A DNA stretch of 64,000 bases from an uncultured Acidobacteriota bacterium. Its GTDB lineage: Bacteria > Acidobacteriota > Thermoanaerobaculia > Multivoradales > SZUA-115. The notes under the pieces are model-generated. The model saw nothing but the letters and a program-made list of their open reading frames with translations. It was not told the origin of the DNA and did no database searches. The position numbers and the translations under genes were made by a program. How positions within the stretch are numbered: the first letter of the stretch is position 1; each line of letters starts with the position of its first letter. The DNA lies in NCBI GenBank assembly GCA_963805975.1, contig CAWDVR010000002.1, positions 32,001 through 96,000 of the forward strand, in the 5' to 3' direction. Below, one piece after another: positions 47,807-57,723 of this stretch.

Positions 47807-48823
47807 ATGAGCTTGCCTCGACGCCTCGCCCTCGTGGCTGCCGCTGCCCTGCTCGTCCCGCTCACCGCTGCCGCGGCGCCGCAGGTCGCTCTCAAGCGCT
47901 ACCCGCCGGGCGCGCTCAAGCTCCTGCCGGTGCCCTCCTCCGCCTGCGCGCAGGGCCTGCGCTACGACGACGGCAGCTTCGAGAGCCGTCCGAGTGTCGG
48001 CGAGGCCGCGGCGCTCGACACGGTGATGGCGTTCGACCTGCCGGCAAACCCGAGCCAGCTCGGCAGGGTCTGCGTCTGCTGGACGCGGACCGGCGGTACC
48101 GAGACCGCCGACTTCGACCTCCTGGTCTACGACGACGACGGCTTTGCCAGCCAGCCCGGAAGTCTCCTCGCCGGGCTGGGCGGTCTCCAGGCCGAGAGCG
48201 TGCCGCTCTTCCCGCAGACGGCGTTCTACCAGCTCGACCTGGCGGCGCTCGGAGTGTCCCTGGCCTCGGAGCGCGTCTTCATCGGCCCCTCCTGGAACGC
48301 GCAGGCCCAGCCCGAGCTCCACGCCTGCGGTGACGACAACGGTCCCTCCCTCCAGCCCGTCCTCTACTCGACCGACCTCGGGACGAGCTGGAACGACCTT
48401 GCGGGGCTGTTTCCGAACCTCAAGGCGCTCGGCGTGCGAGCGGTGCTGGGGGCGGGGGGTGAGCCGTTCGACTGCGTGGCCGACGACACCACCCTCTGCC
48501 TGAACGACGGCCGCTTCCGGGTGCGGCTCACCTGGCGCGTTCCCGCCGGCAACCAGGGCGCCGGCCACGTGGTGCCGTTCGGCTCCAATGACTCGGGCCT
48601 GCTGTGGTTCTTCAACCCCGTCAACTGGGAGATGTTGGTGAAGGTGCTCGACGGCTGCACGGTGAACGACCGCTACTGGGTGTTCTTCGCCGCGGTCACC
48701 AACGTCGAGTTCACGCTCACCGTCACCGACTCGACGACCGGGGCCACCAAGACCTACGTCAACCCCCAGGGCAGCTCGGCCGACAGCATCACCGACACCG
48801 ACGCCTTCGCCGCCTGCCCGTAG
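47807..48823 (+). CDS. Secreted protein with conserved CxxxxxxLCL...WFF...NWE...VKVLDGC C-terminal domain
   Basis: Signal peptide; YDDGSFE; C-terminal domain of a type frequent in Thermoanaerobaculia exported proteins. Confidence 0.8.
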   Translation: MSLPRRLALVAAAALLVPLTAAAAPQVALKRYPPGALKLLPVPSSACAQGLRYDDGSFESRPSVGEAAALDTVMAFDLPANPSQLGRVCVCWTRTGGTETADFDLLVYDDDGFASQPGSLLAGLGGLQAESVPLFPQTAFYQLDLAALGVSLASERVFIGPSWNAQAQPELHACGDDNGPSLQPVLYSTDLGTSWNDLAGLFPNLKALGVRAVLGAGGEPFDCVADDTTLCLNDGRFRVRLTWRVPAGNQGAGHVVPFGSNDSGLLWFFNPVNWEMLVKVLDGCTVNDRYWVFFAAVTNVEFTLTVTDSTTGATKTYVNPQGSSADSITDTDAFAACP

Positions 48824-49660
48824 CTACCGCGCCACCGGCCGGCGGCGCAGCAACCAGGCCGCGGCACCGAACAGCGCCAGCGTCAGGAAGGCGAGGCCCC
48901 AGGCGGAGAGCACCGGGATCGCCGGCGGCTGCGTCGGGATGCCGCCCACGAAGTCGATGACGAGCTGCGGCGGCGCCGCGCCGCCGCCCGTCGCGATGCC
49001 GCTCTCGCGCGTGTCGAAGCGCTTGGCGGTCGCCGAGGTGGACTCGTTGCCGATCAGGATCCAGCCGAAGTTCGAGGCCGGGGTGTCGAGCCAGCCCTGC
49101 ACGTCGGCCACCATCTGGGCCGTCGAGCCCCAGGTGTAGGGTCCGTTGTCGTCCACGGCTTCGGTGGCGCTCACCGTGGGCGAGAAGTCGCCGCCCGGCG
49201 TGGCCCAGCTCGAGGTCGAGAAGAAGGTGTGCAACCAGGTGGCGTCGCCGGTGGTCGCCGGGGCACCACCGCCCCCGCCGCCGCTGGTGGCGTTCGAGGT
49301 GCCCTCGCCCCAATCGGCCGTCAGCCGGTGCAGGTCCACGGGCTCCGCACCGGCGATGGTCTGCGTCATGTTGAGCACCAGTTGCACGCTGTTGATGGTC
49401 GAGCCGGGCGGCACCGCGCCGGCCACGTCGAAGGCGACGACGCCCCGGCGGATGCTGGGGCCCTTGTTGTTCGTGCGCCCCACGAAGAGCGACACGCCGG
49501 CACCGTTGCTGGCCGGGCCGGTCTCGCCCAGGCTCGGGGCGACGAACTCGTAGAGCGTGTTGTCCTTGGTGGGAGTCAGGGAGACGATGTCGGCCGCCGC
49601 CGAGGCGGCCGCAAAGGCTAGGCCGCAGCAGGCGAGAGCCGCGCAGCAGTGCTTGGTCAC
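48824..49660 (-). CDS. DNRLRE-domain protein with IPTL-CTERM-like anchor
   Basis: KDNTLYE...FDTRE; tail AIPVLSAWGLAFLTLALFGAAAWLLRRR. Confidence 0.82.
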   Translation of the reverse strand: MTKHCCAALACCGLAFAAASAAADIVSLTPTKDNTLYEFVAPSLGETGPASNGAGVSLFVGRTNNKGPSIRRGVVAFDVAGAVPPGSTINSVQLVLNMTQTIAGAEPVDLHRLTADWGEGTSNATSGGGGGGAPATTGDATWLHTFFSTSSWATPGGDFSPTVSATEAVDDNGPYTWGSTAQMVADVQGWLDTPASNFGWILIGNESTSATAKRFDTRESGIATGGGAAPPQLVIDFVGGIPTQPPAIPVLSAWGLAFLTLALFGAAAWLLRRRPVAR

Positions 49661-49795
49661 GAGAACCTCCGGTCGGAAAAGGATCGCGGGGGAGTCATCC
49701 CGCGCAAGATTCAAAAAACCAATGCATTATCGCTCGCGGCACACGGTTCAGGCAACGCCCTGCCGAGGAGGAGCGACCCGATCGAGGTCGCGGCG

Positions 49796-50707
49796 CTAGT
49801 GCTTTAGGCTCGTGTAGACCAGGGTCACCATGACGTCCGGCTGAATGAAGCCCTTGCCCCAGGTCTCGTCCCACAGCGCCGTGGGTTTGGCGGCCTTGGC
49901 TTCCTCGAGCGTCTTGCCGGCCGCGATCAGCCGGGCGACCGCCTCGCGGATCTGCTTCAGCATGTCGCGGTACGAGGTGAGGTTGCCTTCGTGCGCCAGG
50001 GGCCCGTGGCCGGGGATGATCTTGGTGTTGGGCCCCACCATCTCGAGCACCCGGTCGACCGCCGCGATCACTCCATCGACCGAGCCGCCGCTCGAGACGT
50101 CGATGAACGGGTACATGCCGTTGAAGTAGACGTCGCCCATGTGCACGACGTCGGCCTTCTTGAAGTGCACGATCGAATCGCCGTCGGTGTGCGCCGGCGG
50201 CACGTGGAAGGCGTGGATCTCCTCGCCGTTCAGGTGGAAGGTCACCGTGTCGTTGAAGGTCACGACCGGCAGCGCAACCGCGGGCGAGGGTGGGGTCTTC
50301 GAGTCCCAGAGCGCGTTGAACTGCTCGGAGGACATCCGCACCCGCACGTTGTCGTGCGCCACGATCAGGGTGCCGGCCTTGCCCAGGTTCTCGTTGCCGC
50401 CGCTGTGGTCACCGTGCCAGTGCGTATTGAGCACGAAGCGGATCGGCTTGGGGCTCAGAGCGGCCACCGCCGCCCTGATCTTCTCGGTCAGCGGCGCGTA
50501 TTGATCGTCGACCAGGAACACGCCGTCGTCGCCGCTCACCACCGCGATGTTGCCGCCGGCCCCCACGAGCATCGCGAGGCCCGGCGCCACCTGTACGGTC
50601 TGGATCTGGACCTGGCTGAAGTCACGCTCCTGGGCTCCGGCCGCGGTGGCCAGGAGCCACGCGGCAAAGCAGAGGGAAACCGGACGGATGCGTCGCGAAA
50701 AGCTCAT
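49796..50707 (-). CDS. Secreted MBL-fold metallo-hydrolase (cyclase-like)
   Basis: THWHGDH, AHTDGD, HMGD, IPGHG. Confidence 0.9.
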   Translation of the reverse strand: MSFSRRIRPVSLCFAAWLLATAAGAQERDFSQVQIQTVQVAPGLAMLVGAGGNIAVVSGDDGVFLVDDQYAPLTEKIRAAVAALSPKPIRFVLNTHWHGDHSGGNENLGKAGTLIVAHDNVRVRMSSEQFNALWDSKTPPSPAVALPVVTFNDTVTFHLNGEEIHAFHVPPAHTDGDSIVHFKKADVVHMGDVYFNGMYPFIDVSSGGSVDGVIAAVDRVLEMVGPNTKIIPGHGPLAHEGNLTSYRDMLKQIREAVARLIAAGKTLEEAKAAKPTALWDETWGKGFIQPDVMVTLVYTSLKH

Positions 50708-50798
50708 TGGGACCTCCGGGAAGGTTGGCAAGAAAGAGAATCGCCGGCATGCTATCAAAGCGCTGGTTCTCAGCTCCTGAGCGGGCTAGGATCGGCCC

Positions 50799-51293
50799 AT
50801 GAACCTCCCGCATACGCTCGTCATCCAGTTTTCCTATACCTACGCCGTGCTGAAGATGAACCTCGCCGGCATCGACCACGCGGCGAGCCTGGTGGCGCCG
50901 GAGCCGGGCGGCAACTGCCTGAACTGGGTGGTGGGCCACGTGGTCGCCTCGCGGAGCAAGCTGCTCGACGAGGTGCTGGGGCTGCCCGCGATCCTCTCAC
51001 CCGAGGCGGTGGACCCCTACCGCCGCGGCGCGCCCGCGCTCGCGGACGGTGCCCTCGCGCAGCCGCTCGACGAGCTGCTGGCGGCCTACGACGCCTCGCA
51101 GGAGGATCTGCGCCAGGGCCTCCTGCAGGTCTCCGAGGAGCGCCTCCTCGAGCCCGCCCCGTTCTCCCCCGGTGGCAATCCCAAGGAGACCGTGGCCTCT
51201 CTCCTAGCCGGCCTCGCCTTCCACGAGGCCTATCACGTCGGCCAGACGGGAATCCTGCGGCGGCTGCTTGGGAAGGAAGGAGCAATACGTTAG
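50799..51293 (+). CDS. DinB/YfiT-like (DinB_2) protein
   Basis: NCLNWVVGH ... FHEAYHVGQ. Confidence 0.88.
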   Translation: MNLPHTLVIQFSYTYAVLKMNLAGIDHAASLVAPEPGGNCLNWVVGHVVASRSKLLDEVLGLPAILSPEAVDPYRRGAPALADGALAQPLDELLAAYDASQEDLRQGLLQVSEERLLEPAPFSPGGNPKETVASLLAGLAFHEAYHVGQTGILRRLLGKEGAIR

Positions 51294-51319
51294 GCGGACG
51301 GGCAGCTCGGGGGCGATCC

Positions 51320-51360
51320 TTGACCCGTCGAGCACTCTCTCCTTACACTGCGGGTAAGGA
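51320..51360 (+). promoter_or_regulatory. vapBC promoter with palindromic operator
   Basis: TTGACC-N18-TACACT; TCCTTAC-N7-GTAAGGA overlaps the -10. Confidence 0.65.
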
Positions 51361-51379
51361 ATCGACCGCAGGAGTAAGA

Positions 51380-51619
51380 ATGCCAACTGCGACTCTCACC
51401 AGCAAAGGCCAGGTCACGATCCCCAAGGAGGTGCGCGACCGGCTGGGTCTCGACACCGGCGCCCGGCTGGCCTTCAGGGTTCGCGACGACGGCATTGTGG
51501 AACTGTCTCCCGAGAACGTGGATCTGATGTCGCTCTACGGCACCGTCAAACCGCCGGTCCGCGGAGTCAGCGTCGAGGACATGAAAGCCACCGCCCGGCG
51601 GATGGGTGGCACGGGGTGA
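51380..51619 (+). CDS. vapB: AbrB/MazE-type antitoxin (VapB)
   Basis: TLTSKGQVTIPKEVRDRLGL. Confidence 0.88.
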   Translation: MPTATLTSKGQVTIPKEVRDRLGLDTGARLAFRVRDDGIVELSPENVDLMSLYGTVKPPVRGVSVEDMKATARRMGGTG

Positions 51620-52011
51620 TCGCCCTCGATACAAACGTTCTGGTCCGCTTCCTGGTCGAGGACCATCCCGAGGAGAGCGCTCGCGCCCGCAGGCTCCTGG
51701 AGGAGAGGCTGGACCAGGACCAGCCATTCTTCGTGGCGGACGTGGTGCTCTGCGAAGTGGTCTGGGTCCTGCGCTCGAACTACCGCCTACCCAAAACCGA
51801 CACCTTGGAGATCCTGGACAAGCTTCTGCACGCGACTCATCTGACCTATGCATCGTCCGACCGTGTTGCGATGGCCCTGAGAGCTTATCGCTCCGGTCGA
51901 GGCGACTTCGCCGACTACCTGATCCGGGAAGAGGCGCGATCCGCTGGGTATCCGACGGTCGCAACCTTCGACCGCGACCTGCTCAAGGAGCCGGGCTTCG
52001 TCGCGCCCTGA
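51616..52011 (+). CDS. vapC: PIN-domain toxin (VapC)
   Basis: ALDTNVLVR, VLCE, DFAD, TFD. Confidence 0.9.
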   Translation: MIALDTNVLVRFLVEDHPEESARARRLLEERLDQDQPFFVADVVLCEVVWVLRSNYRLPKTDTLEILDKLLHATHLTYASSDRVAMALRAYRSGRGDFADYLIREEARSAGYPTVATFDRDLLKEPGFVAP

Positions 52012-52366
52012 GATCGCTGCGGTTGCGCCGAGGTGCGCCCTCCGGCTCCCACTGATACCGCTTGAGATCCACCTTTCCCGCCAGGCTGAAGACCACGCCT
52101 TCCTCCTCGAGCAGGTGGCGCTGGTAGCCCTCCATGAGGCCGGGCTCGGCACGCAGGCTGACCTCGCCCTTGGAGTTGATGACGCGCTGCCACGGGATCT
52201 CTGCTCCCTCGGGGCATCCGTGCAGGGCATAGCCCACCTGCCGGGCGTGGCCGGGCAGGCCGGCGAGCGCCGCCACCTGGCCGTAAGTGGCCACCTTGCC
52301 CTCCGGGATGCGCGCGATCACGGCGTAGATCCGTGCATAGGTGCCGTCCTCTTCCTGGTTCGCCAC
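51983..52366 (-). CDS. Alkyltransferase-like protein (ATL/YbaZ, MGMT family)
   Basis: IPEGKVATYGQVA...ARQVG...PWQRV (Trp in place of the catalytic Cys of PCHR). Confidence 0.88.
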   Translation of the reverse strand: MANQEEDGTYARIYAVIARIPEGKVATYGQVAALAGLPGHARQVGYALHGCPEGAEIPWQRVINSKGEVSLRAEPGLMEGYQRHLLEEEGVVFSLAGKVDLKRYQWEPEGAPRRNRSDLRARRSPAP

Positions 52367-52378
52367 GGTCCAGCCTCT

Positions 52379-53596
52379 TCACGGTACGGGCGTGAGGCCC
52401 AGTGCTCCGGCGTAGCGCTCCAGCGCCCGCGCCGCCGCCTCGCGGTCGGCGGCCAGTCTACGGTCCCGAGCCTGCGAGCCCCCCTCTCCCTCGAAGTGGA
52501 GCGCCAGCACGGAGAGGGTGCCGGCGCGGCGGTCGGCCTTGAGGTCGTAGCGCGCCACCAGCCGCTCGCCGGCCAGCACCGGCAGACAGTAGTAGCCGAA
52601 GGTGCGCTGCGGCGCCGGCTTGAAGATCTCGAGCAGGGCCTCGAAGCCGAAGAGCTGGGCTACGCGGCGGCGGTCCCAGAGCAAGGGGTCGAACGGCGAG
52701 AGCAGCACTCCACAGTCCGAGCGCAGCCGAAGATCGGTGAGCCGGGCGGCGAGCTCGCGGTCCCCTGGCCGGATCCAGCCCTGGGCCAAGCGGCCGTCGG
52801 CCAGCACCAGCGCGCAGCGCTCGACTCGCCTCTCCTCCACCAGCTCGGCGAGCGCGGTCGCGATCTCCGGCTGCATGTTCGACAACCGCCAGGTGCCGGC
52901 GAGCGTGCCGGTCTGCGCCCAGCCGTGGCCCGCGAGTGCCAGGAGCAGCAGCTCCTTGACCGCCTCGGCGCGAGGCAGCGAGCGCCGGTGCCATTCCTCG
53001 GGGATGACGCGCTCGGCCAGGTCGAAGGTACGTTGGAACGATTTGCGCTCGCGTACCGCGAGCCGGCCGCTCGACCACAGCGCCGAGGCCACCTTCTTTG
53101 CCGGCTTGAGGTCCCACCAGCCGCGGCTGCCCTCGCCCTCGAGGTCCAGGGAGCGCAGCGGCCCGTCCCGCTCGATGCGCGCCAGGAGATCGTCGGCGAG
53201 CTGGCGGTGCTCGGAGAGCAGGTCTCCCCACCACGGGTGAACACAATACTGCTCGCGCCGGAAGGCGAAGGCGGGATAGAGCTCGATCGGCAGCCAGCTC
53301 GCCTCGTGGCCCCAGTACTCGAAGAGCGGCTCGCCGGGCTGGAGCAGCTCCTCCGCGAGGTCGGGAGCCATGCCTTCGAGCCGCGACAGCAGCACGATGC
53401 CGTGGCTCCTCGCGCCGGCGATCGAGACCGTGTCGAGCTGCAGATAGCCGAAGCGCCGGATCACCGCGAGCGCCCCCTGCCGTGCTCTCTGGCCCGCGCC
53501 GGCAGCCCGCGACGGCAACCCCGTCCACTCCGGCTTCAACAGCCCGGCCCGCGCCAGCGCCAAGCGCCGGGCTTCACGGATCGAGAGCGGTTCCAC
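52379..53596 (-). CDS. YcaQ/AlkZ-family crosslink-repair DNA glycosylase (HTH_42)
   Basis: LQLDTV, FEYWGHEAS, LLSPFDPL, YYCLPVL. Confidence 0.88.
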   Translation of the reverse strand: MEPLSIREARRLALARAGLLKPEWTGLPSRAAGAGQRARQGALAVIRRFGYLQLDTVSIAGARSHGIVLLSRLEGMAPDLAEELLQPGEPLFEYWGHEASWLPIELYPAFAFRREQYCVHPWWGDLLSEHRQLADDLLARIERDGPLRSLDLEGEGSRGWWDLKPAKKVASALWSSGRLAVRERKSFQRTFDLAERVIPEEWHRRSLPRAEAVKELLLLALAGHGWAQTGTLAGTWRLSNMQPEIATALAELVEERRVERCALVLADGRLAQGWIRPGDRELAARLTDLRLRSDCGVLLSPFDPLLWDRRRVAQLFGFEALLEIFKPAPQRTFGYYCLPVLAGERLVARYDLKADRRAGTLSVLALHFEGEGGSQARDRRLAADREAAARALERYAGALGLTPVP

Positions 53597-53599
53597 TTC

Positions 53600-56500
53600 C
53601 TACTCCCTCCGCAACGCCGGGATCAACGGCACTTCGAGCGCGCCGCGCACCGCGGCCAGGCTGGCGAGGAGGCCGGTGGCGAAGACCAGCACGAGCGTCC
53701 CGCCGAGCGAGAGCCACGGCACTTTCCCGGCACCCGCGGCCAGGTGCGGCGCCACCGCAACGAGAGCGGCCGTCGCCCCGAGGGCGATGCCGAGCGCCAG
53801 CAGGAACGCGTTCTCCGCCACCACCAGTGCCATCAGCCGCGAGCGCTCGAAGCCGAAGGCGCGGAGCGCCGCGAGCTCGCCGCGCCGCTCGAGCACGTTA
53901 CGCAGCAGGATCACACCCAGGCCCACGGTGCCGAGCAGCAGGCCGAGCCCGCCCAGGGTCTGGAAAGTCGCCATGTAGGTGTTCTCCACTGCCTGGAACG
54001 AGGCCAGGCGCTCGGCAGTGCCGGTGGCGTCGAAGCCGAATCGGCCGAGGCTCCTCTCGAAGGCCTCGGCAAGAACCGGGGCCGCGGCCGGCCCGTGCCC
54101 GGGGGGCGCCTCGGCGAGGAAGTAGCGGTAGCCGCCGCGAGAGGGAAAGTGCTCCTCGAAGCGGCGCTCGGAGATCAGGATCTCGCTCTGGAAGAGGCTC
54201 TTCGCGATCAGCCCCACCAGCCGCAGCTTCACGGGGCGGCCGGCCTCGTCCACCAGCTCGAGGTCGTCGCCCAGGCCGAGCTTCAGGATCCAGGTCGCGG
54301 AATTGGCGTCCGCGAAGGCCGGGATCACGTCCGGTCCGCCCTTCCCGTCAGAGATGGGGTCGTCTTCGAGCAAGGTCCAGGGGTTCGCGACCTCGCGGCT
54401 CGTCTTCTGGAAGGTGAAGCCGCCGCGGGCCATCATCTCCGGCGGCACGCCGAGCACACGCGGGCGCTGCGGGCGAAAGAGGTTGAGGCAGGATGCGTCC
54501 TCGCCCGGCAGCAGCCGGAACGGGAAGACGGTGGCTCCGGCCATGGCTGCCTCGGCCGCCGCGTCGAAACCCATCTCCTGCCGCCGGCCGGGGAGGTTGA
54601 GATCGGCGTAGATCGGCGCGTCGCTCTCCGCCGCCAGGGTGAAGCCGCCGGTGCCCGAGGCGCGGTCCGTGACGTCGCCCTCGGCCTGGCCGCGGTTGGC
54701 ACCCACGGCGACGATCAGGAAGCAGGCAGAGGCCACCAGCGCCACCGAGAGCAGGCTCCGGCCGGCGCTCCGGGCGCTGTTGCGCGCGCCCATGGCGAGG
54801 ACGCCCGCGCCGCCCAATGCATTGGCTCGCCGCCGTCCGGCCCGGCGGCACCAGAGGGCGAAGCCCGCGAGACCGGCGACCAGCAGGCAGGCGCCGATGC
54901 CGAAGGCGAAAGCAGGGGAGGCCGAAGCGTCGCCGAGCACGGCCGCCACCAGGAGCACCACGGCGAGCGCCAGGGACAGCACGGCCACGGCGCGGGCACG
55001 GCTTCGGCCGCCGCGTTCCGCCCCCGAGACCACCGCGCCCGCGAGCAGCGCCGGTGCCGGCAGGCGCGCCAGCGAGCGGAGCGCCAGGGCGATCGAGATC
55101 ACGACCACGGCGAGCGAGATCGCGCTGCCCGCGAGGAGGCTCGCCGGCCGTACGTGCAGGAAGAGCACCGGCGTGCCCACCGCCGGCAGCCAGAGGGTGC
55201 GCAATCCCCAGAGCATGAGGCCGGCGTAGGCCACGGCGCCGGCGAGCCCAAGCACCACGCCCAGGGCCGCGACCAGCGTCCCTTCCGCGAGGAAGCGGCG
55301 CCGCACGTGGCGGCGCTCGTACCCCACGGCGAGGAGCAGCCCCACCTCGCCCGCCCGCTGCTCGACGCCGAGCCGGAAGAGCAGGCCGACGAGGAGCGCC
55401 GCGGAGACGATCAGGAAGAGGCTGAAGCCCAGAAAGAGCTGCGCGAAGTCCGTGGCGCCCTGGGCCGCGGCGAGCGCCAGCTCCCGCACCGGCATCAGGA
55501 CGAAGCCCGCGGCCCGCGGGTCCACTTGCCGCGGCAGCTCGCGCTCCAGCCGCCCGGCCAGGGCCGACGCGTCCGTCGTGTCGGCCGCAGCGAGGCGGAG
55601 CGAGGTCAGATCCCCGAAACGGCTCTGCCAGAGCCTCTGGCCGGTGGCGAGGGAGACGAACGCCTTGGGTGCGCCGCGGTAGGCGTCCCAGTAGTCCTCG
55701 TCACGCTTGCGGATGCGGCCCAGCTCGACCGGAAACGGCGGGTCCCAGCCGGACATGTCCTCGGCGTCCGACATGCCGGGGAACTCGGGCGTCAGCGTAG
55801 GGTCCGCACCCAGCCCCTCCATGGCGACCACGCCACGCACGCGGAAGCGCTCTTCCCGCTCGGTGAGCTCGTCCCGCGCGCCCAGCACGTAGTAGCGCAT
55901 CGTGAGGTCGGCGCCCGGTGCTTCGACTCCCAGATCCTCTGCCGCCCACGAGTTGAGATAGATCTCTCCCTCTGCGAGCGACGGCGCCGACGAGCCGTCG
56001 AGGAGCCGGAGTCGAGGGGTGCCTCGGGCGAGCAGCGCAGGCCGCCCGGAGGGAGCTCGAGCAGCGGAGACCGAGATACCCCTCGACTCCGGCTCCGGGG
56101 TGCCGAGTGCCGCCACGGTGGAGTAAGGCAGCGTCGCCTCTCCGACCCGCATCTCGTTGGCGAGGTAGGTGAGAACCGGCTCGACCCCGGCGCCTGCCTT
56201 CTCCGCAAAGGATCTCGTCGCCTCCACCAGGCCCGGCGAGAGCACGAACTGCCGGCTCTCGACCACCACGGCCCCACCGGCGGTCCGCACCACGAGCCCG
56301 AGGTCGTCTGCGGTCAGCGCCTGGCCCAGGGATCGGGACGCGGCCTCGGCGCCGGTGCCGGCGCGCTCCACGAAGAGGGCGTTGACCCGCCCCGGCTCGC
56401 CGAGCACCCGTTGCAGCCGGGGCAGCTCCACGAAGGCGTTGAGCGGCCGGCCCTGCTGAGCGGTGAGCGCGAAGCTCCCCACGCCGCGGTCCGGCACGAT

Positions 56501-57055
56501 GCGCGAGATGGCGAGCCGCACCGAGGCCAGGGCCTCGGCACCGGGCGCGCGGCCCACCAGGGTCTCGCGCGGGATGGCGCCGCGGTCCTCGAACGACAGC
56601 AGCAGCTCGTCGCCTTCCCGCGCCCCGAGCTCCCGGGCCAGGGCCTGGTTGACGATCAGCGAGGGCAGCGCCTGCCCCTCACGGCGGGTGAAGTCGAGCG
56701 CCGTGCCTTCCGCGTAGAGCGCCGCAAAGCGGGAATCGACACCCACCACCGCCACCCGCGAGGCGCGAGCGCCGGTGCTGCCGTGCACGGCCGAGCCGGA
56801 GAGCAGGACCGCCGGTGCCACGGCGCTCTCCCCGCCGAGGCCACGAGCCACCTCGGAGGCCAGCTCCTCGCGGAAGAGCTGCTCGGCGACCAGCGCGTCG
56901 TCGATCGCACCCAGCCGCTCGCGGGCCAGGTCCACGAGGCTGCCGCGCACCGAGTCCCCGACCAGGAGGGCGCCCGTGAGCACCGCGGTGGCCACGGCGG
57001 CGCCGAGGGCAACAGCGAGGTTCTGGCGCCGGAAGTGGATCAGGCTGCGACGCAA
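53600..57055 (-). CDS. Large FtsX/MacB-like ABC transporter permease (duplicated)
   Basis: GALLVGDSVRGSL; two FtsX domains (QRAGEVGLL, ERRGELAAL). Confidence 0.88.
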   Translation of the reverse strand: MRRSLIHFRRQNLAVALGAAVATAVLTGALLVGDSVRGSLVDLARERLGAIDDALVAEQLFREELASEVARGLGGESAVAPAVLLSGSAVHGSTGARASRVAVVGVDSRFAALYAEGTALDFTRREGQALPSLIVNQALARELGAREGDELLLSFEDRGAIPRETLVGRAPGAEALASVRLAISRIVPDRGVGSFALTAQQGRPLNAFVELPRLQRVLGEPGRVNALFVERAGTGAEAASRSLGQALTADDLGLVVRTAGGAVVVESRQFVLSPGLVEATRSFAEKAGAGVEPVLTYLANEMRVGEATLPYSTVAALGTPEPESRGISVSAARAPSGRPALLARGTPRLRLLDGSSAPSLAEGEIYLNSWAAEDLGVEAPGADLTMRYYVLGARDELTEREERFRVRGVVAMEGLGADPTLTPEFPGMSDAEDMSGWDPPFPVELGRIRKRDEDYWDAYRGAPKAFVSLATGQRLWQSRFGDLTSLRLAAADTTDASALAGRLERELPRQVDPRAAGFVLMPVRELALAAAQGATDFAQLFLGFSLFLIVSAALLVGLLFRLGVEQRAGEVGLLLAVGYERRHVRRRFLAEGTLVAALGVVLGLAGAVAYAGLMLWGLRTLWLPAVGTPVLFLHVRPASLLAGSAISLAVVVISIALALRSLARLPAPALLAGAVVSGAERGGRSRARAVAVLSLALAVVLLVAAVLGDASASPAFAFGIGACLLVAGLAGFALWCRRAGRRRANALGGAGVLAMGARNSARSAGRSLLSVALVASACFLIVAVGANRGQAEGDVTDRASGTGGFTLAAESDAPIYADLNLPGRRQEMGFDAAAEAAMAGATVFPFRLLPGEDASCLNLFRPQRPRVLGVPPEMMARGGFTFQKTSREVANPWTLLEDDPISDGKGGPDVIPAFADANSATWILKLGLGDDLELVDEAGRPVKLRLVGLIAKSLFQSEILISERRFEEHFPSRGGYRYFLAEAPPGHGPAAAPVLAEAFERSLGRFGFDATGTAERLASFQAVENTYMATFQTLGGLGLLLGTVGLGVILLRNVLERRGELAALRAFGFERSRLMALVVAENAFLLALGIALGATAALVAVAPHLAAGAGKVPWLSLGGTLVLVFATGLLASLAAVRGALEVPLIPALRRE

Positions 57056-57723
57056 CGGCCTTCTCGCAGCTCCACCCGGCGGCCGAAGCGGGCCGCGATC
57101 TCCGGGCTGTGAGTGACGACGACCAACACTGCGTTGGCCTCCTCGTGCAGCTCGAACAGGAGGTCCGCCACCGCCGTGGCGGTCTTGCCGTCGAGATTGC
57201 CGGTGGGCTCGTCGCAGAGCAGCAGGCGGGGCCCCATGACCAGCGCCCGCGCCACGGCCACCCGCTGCCGCTCGCCGCCGGAGAGCTCCGCCGGCCGGTG
57301 GGTCAGTCGCGCGGTCAAGCCCACACGATCGAGGAGGGCACGCGCCCGCGGCTCGGCCTCCACGCCGCCGCGGCCGAAGGCGAGGGTGGGGATGAGCACG
57401 TTCTCGAGCACCGTGTACTGCGGCAGCAGGTGATGGTCCTGGAAGACAAAACCCACGCTCCGGTTGCGGAAGCGCGCCAGCTCGCGCTCCGGCAGCGAGA
57501 ACGGGTCGCGCCCGCCGATGCGCACACTGCCCGAGGTCGGGCTGTCGAGCGTGCCGAGGATGTGCAGCAGAGTGCTCTTGCCCGAGCCCGAGGGCCCGGT
57601 GACCGCCAGGGCCTCGCCCGGCTCGAGCGTGAAGGTGAGGCCGGAGAGCACCTCGAGCCGCTCGGCTCCCTGGTAGACCTTGCCCAGGTCCACGACCTCG
57701 AGGCGGGCCGGCTCAGGATTCAC
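57040..57723 (-). CDS. ABC ATPase (LolD-like)
   Basis: GPSGSGKST, LSGGERQR, DEPTGNLD. Confidence 0.93.
   Translation of the reverse strand: MNPEPARLEVVDLGKVYQGAERLEVLSGLTFTLEPGEALAVTGPSGSGKSTLLHILGTLDSPTSGSVRIGGRDPFSLPERELARFRNRSVGFVFQDHHLLPQYTVLENVLIPTLAFGRGGVEAEPRARALLDRVGLTARLTHRPAELSGGERQRVAVARALVMGPRLLLCDEPTGNLDGKTATAVADLLFELHEEANAVLVVVTHSPEIAARFGRRVELREGRCVAA

Noticed and set aside
52115-57112. 1665-aa plus-strand ORF
   Set aside because: Antisense shadow of ATL, YcaQ and the ABC permease; stop-poor high-GC frame with no motifs.
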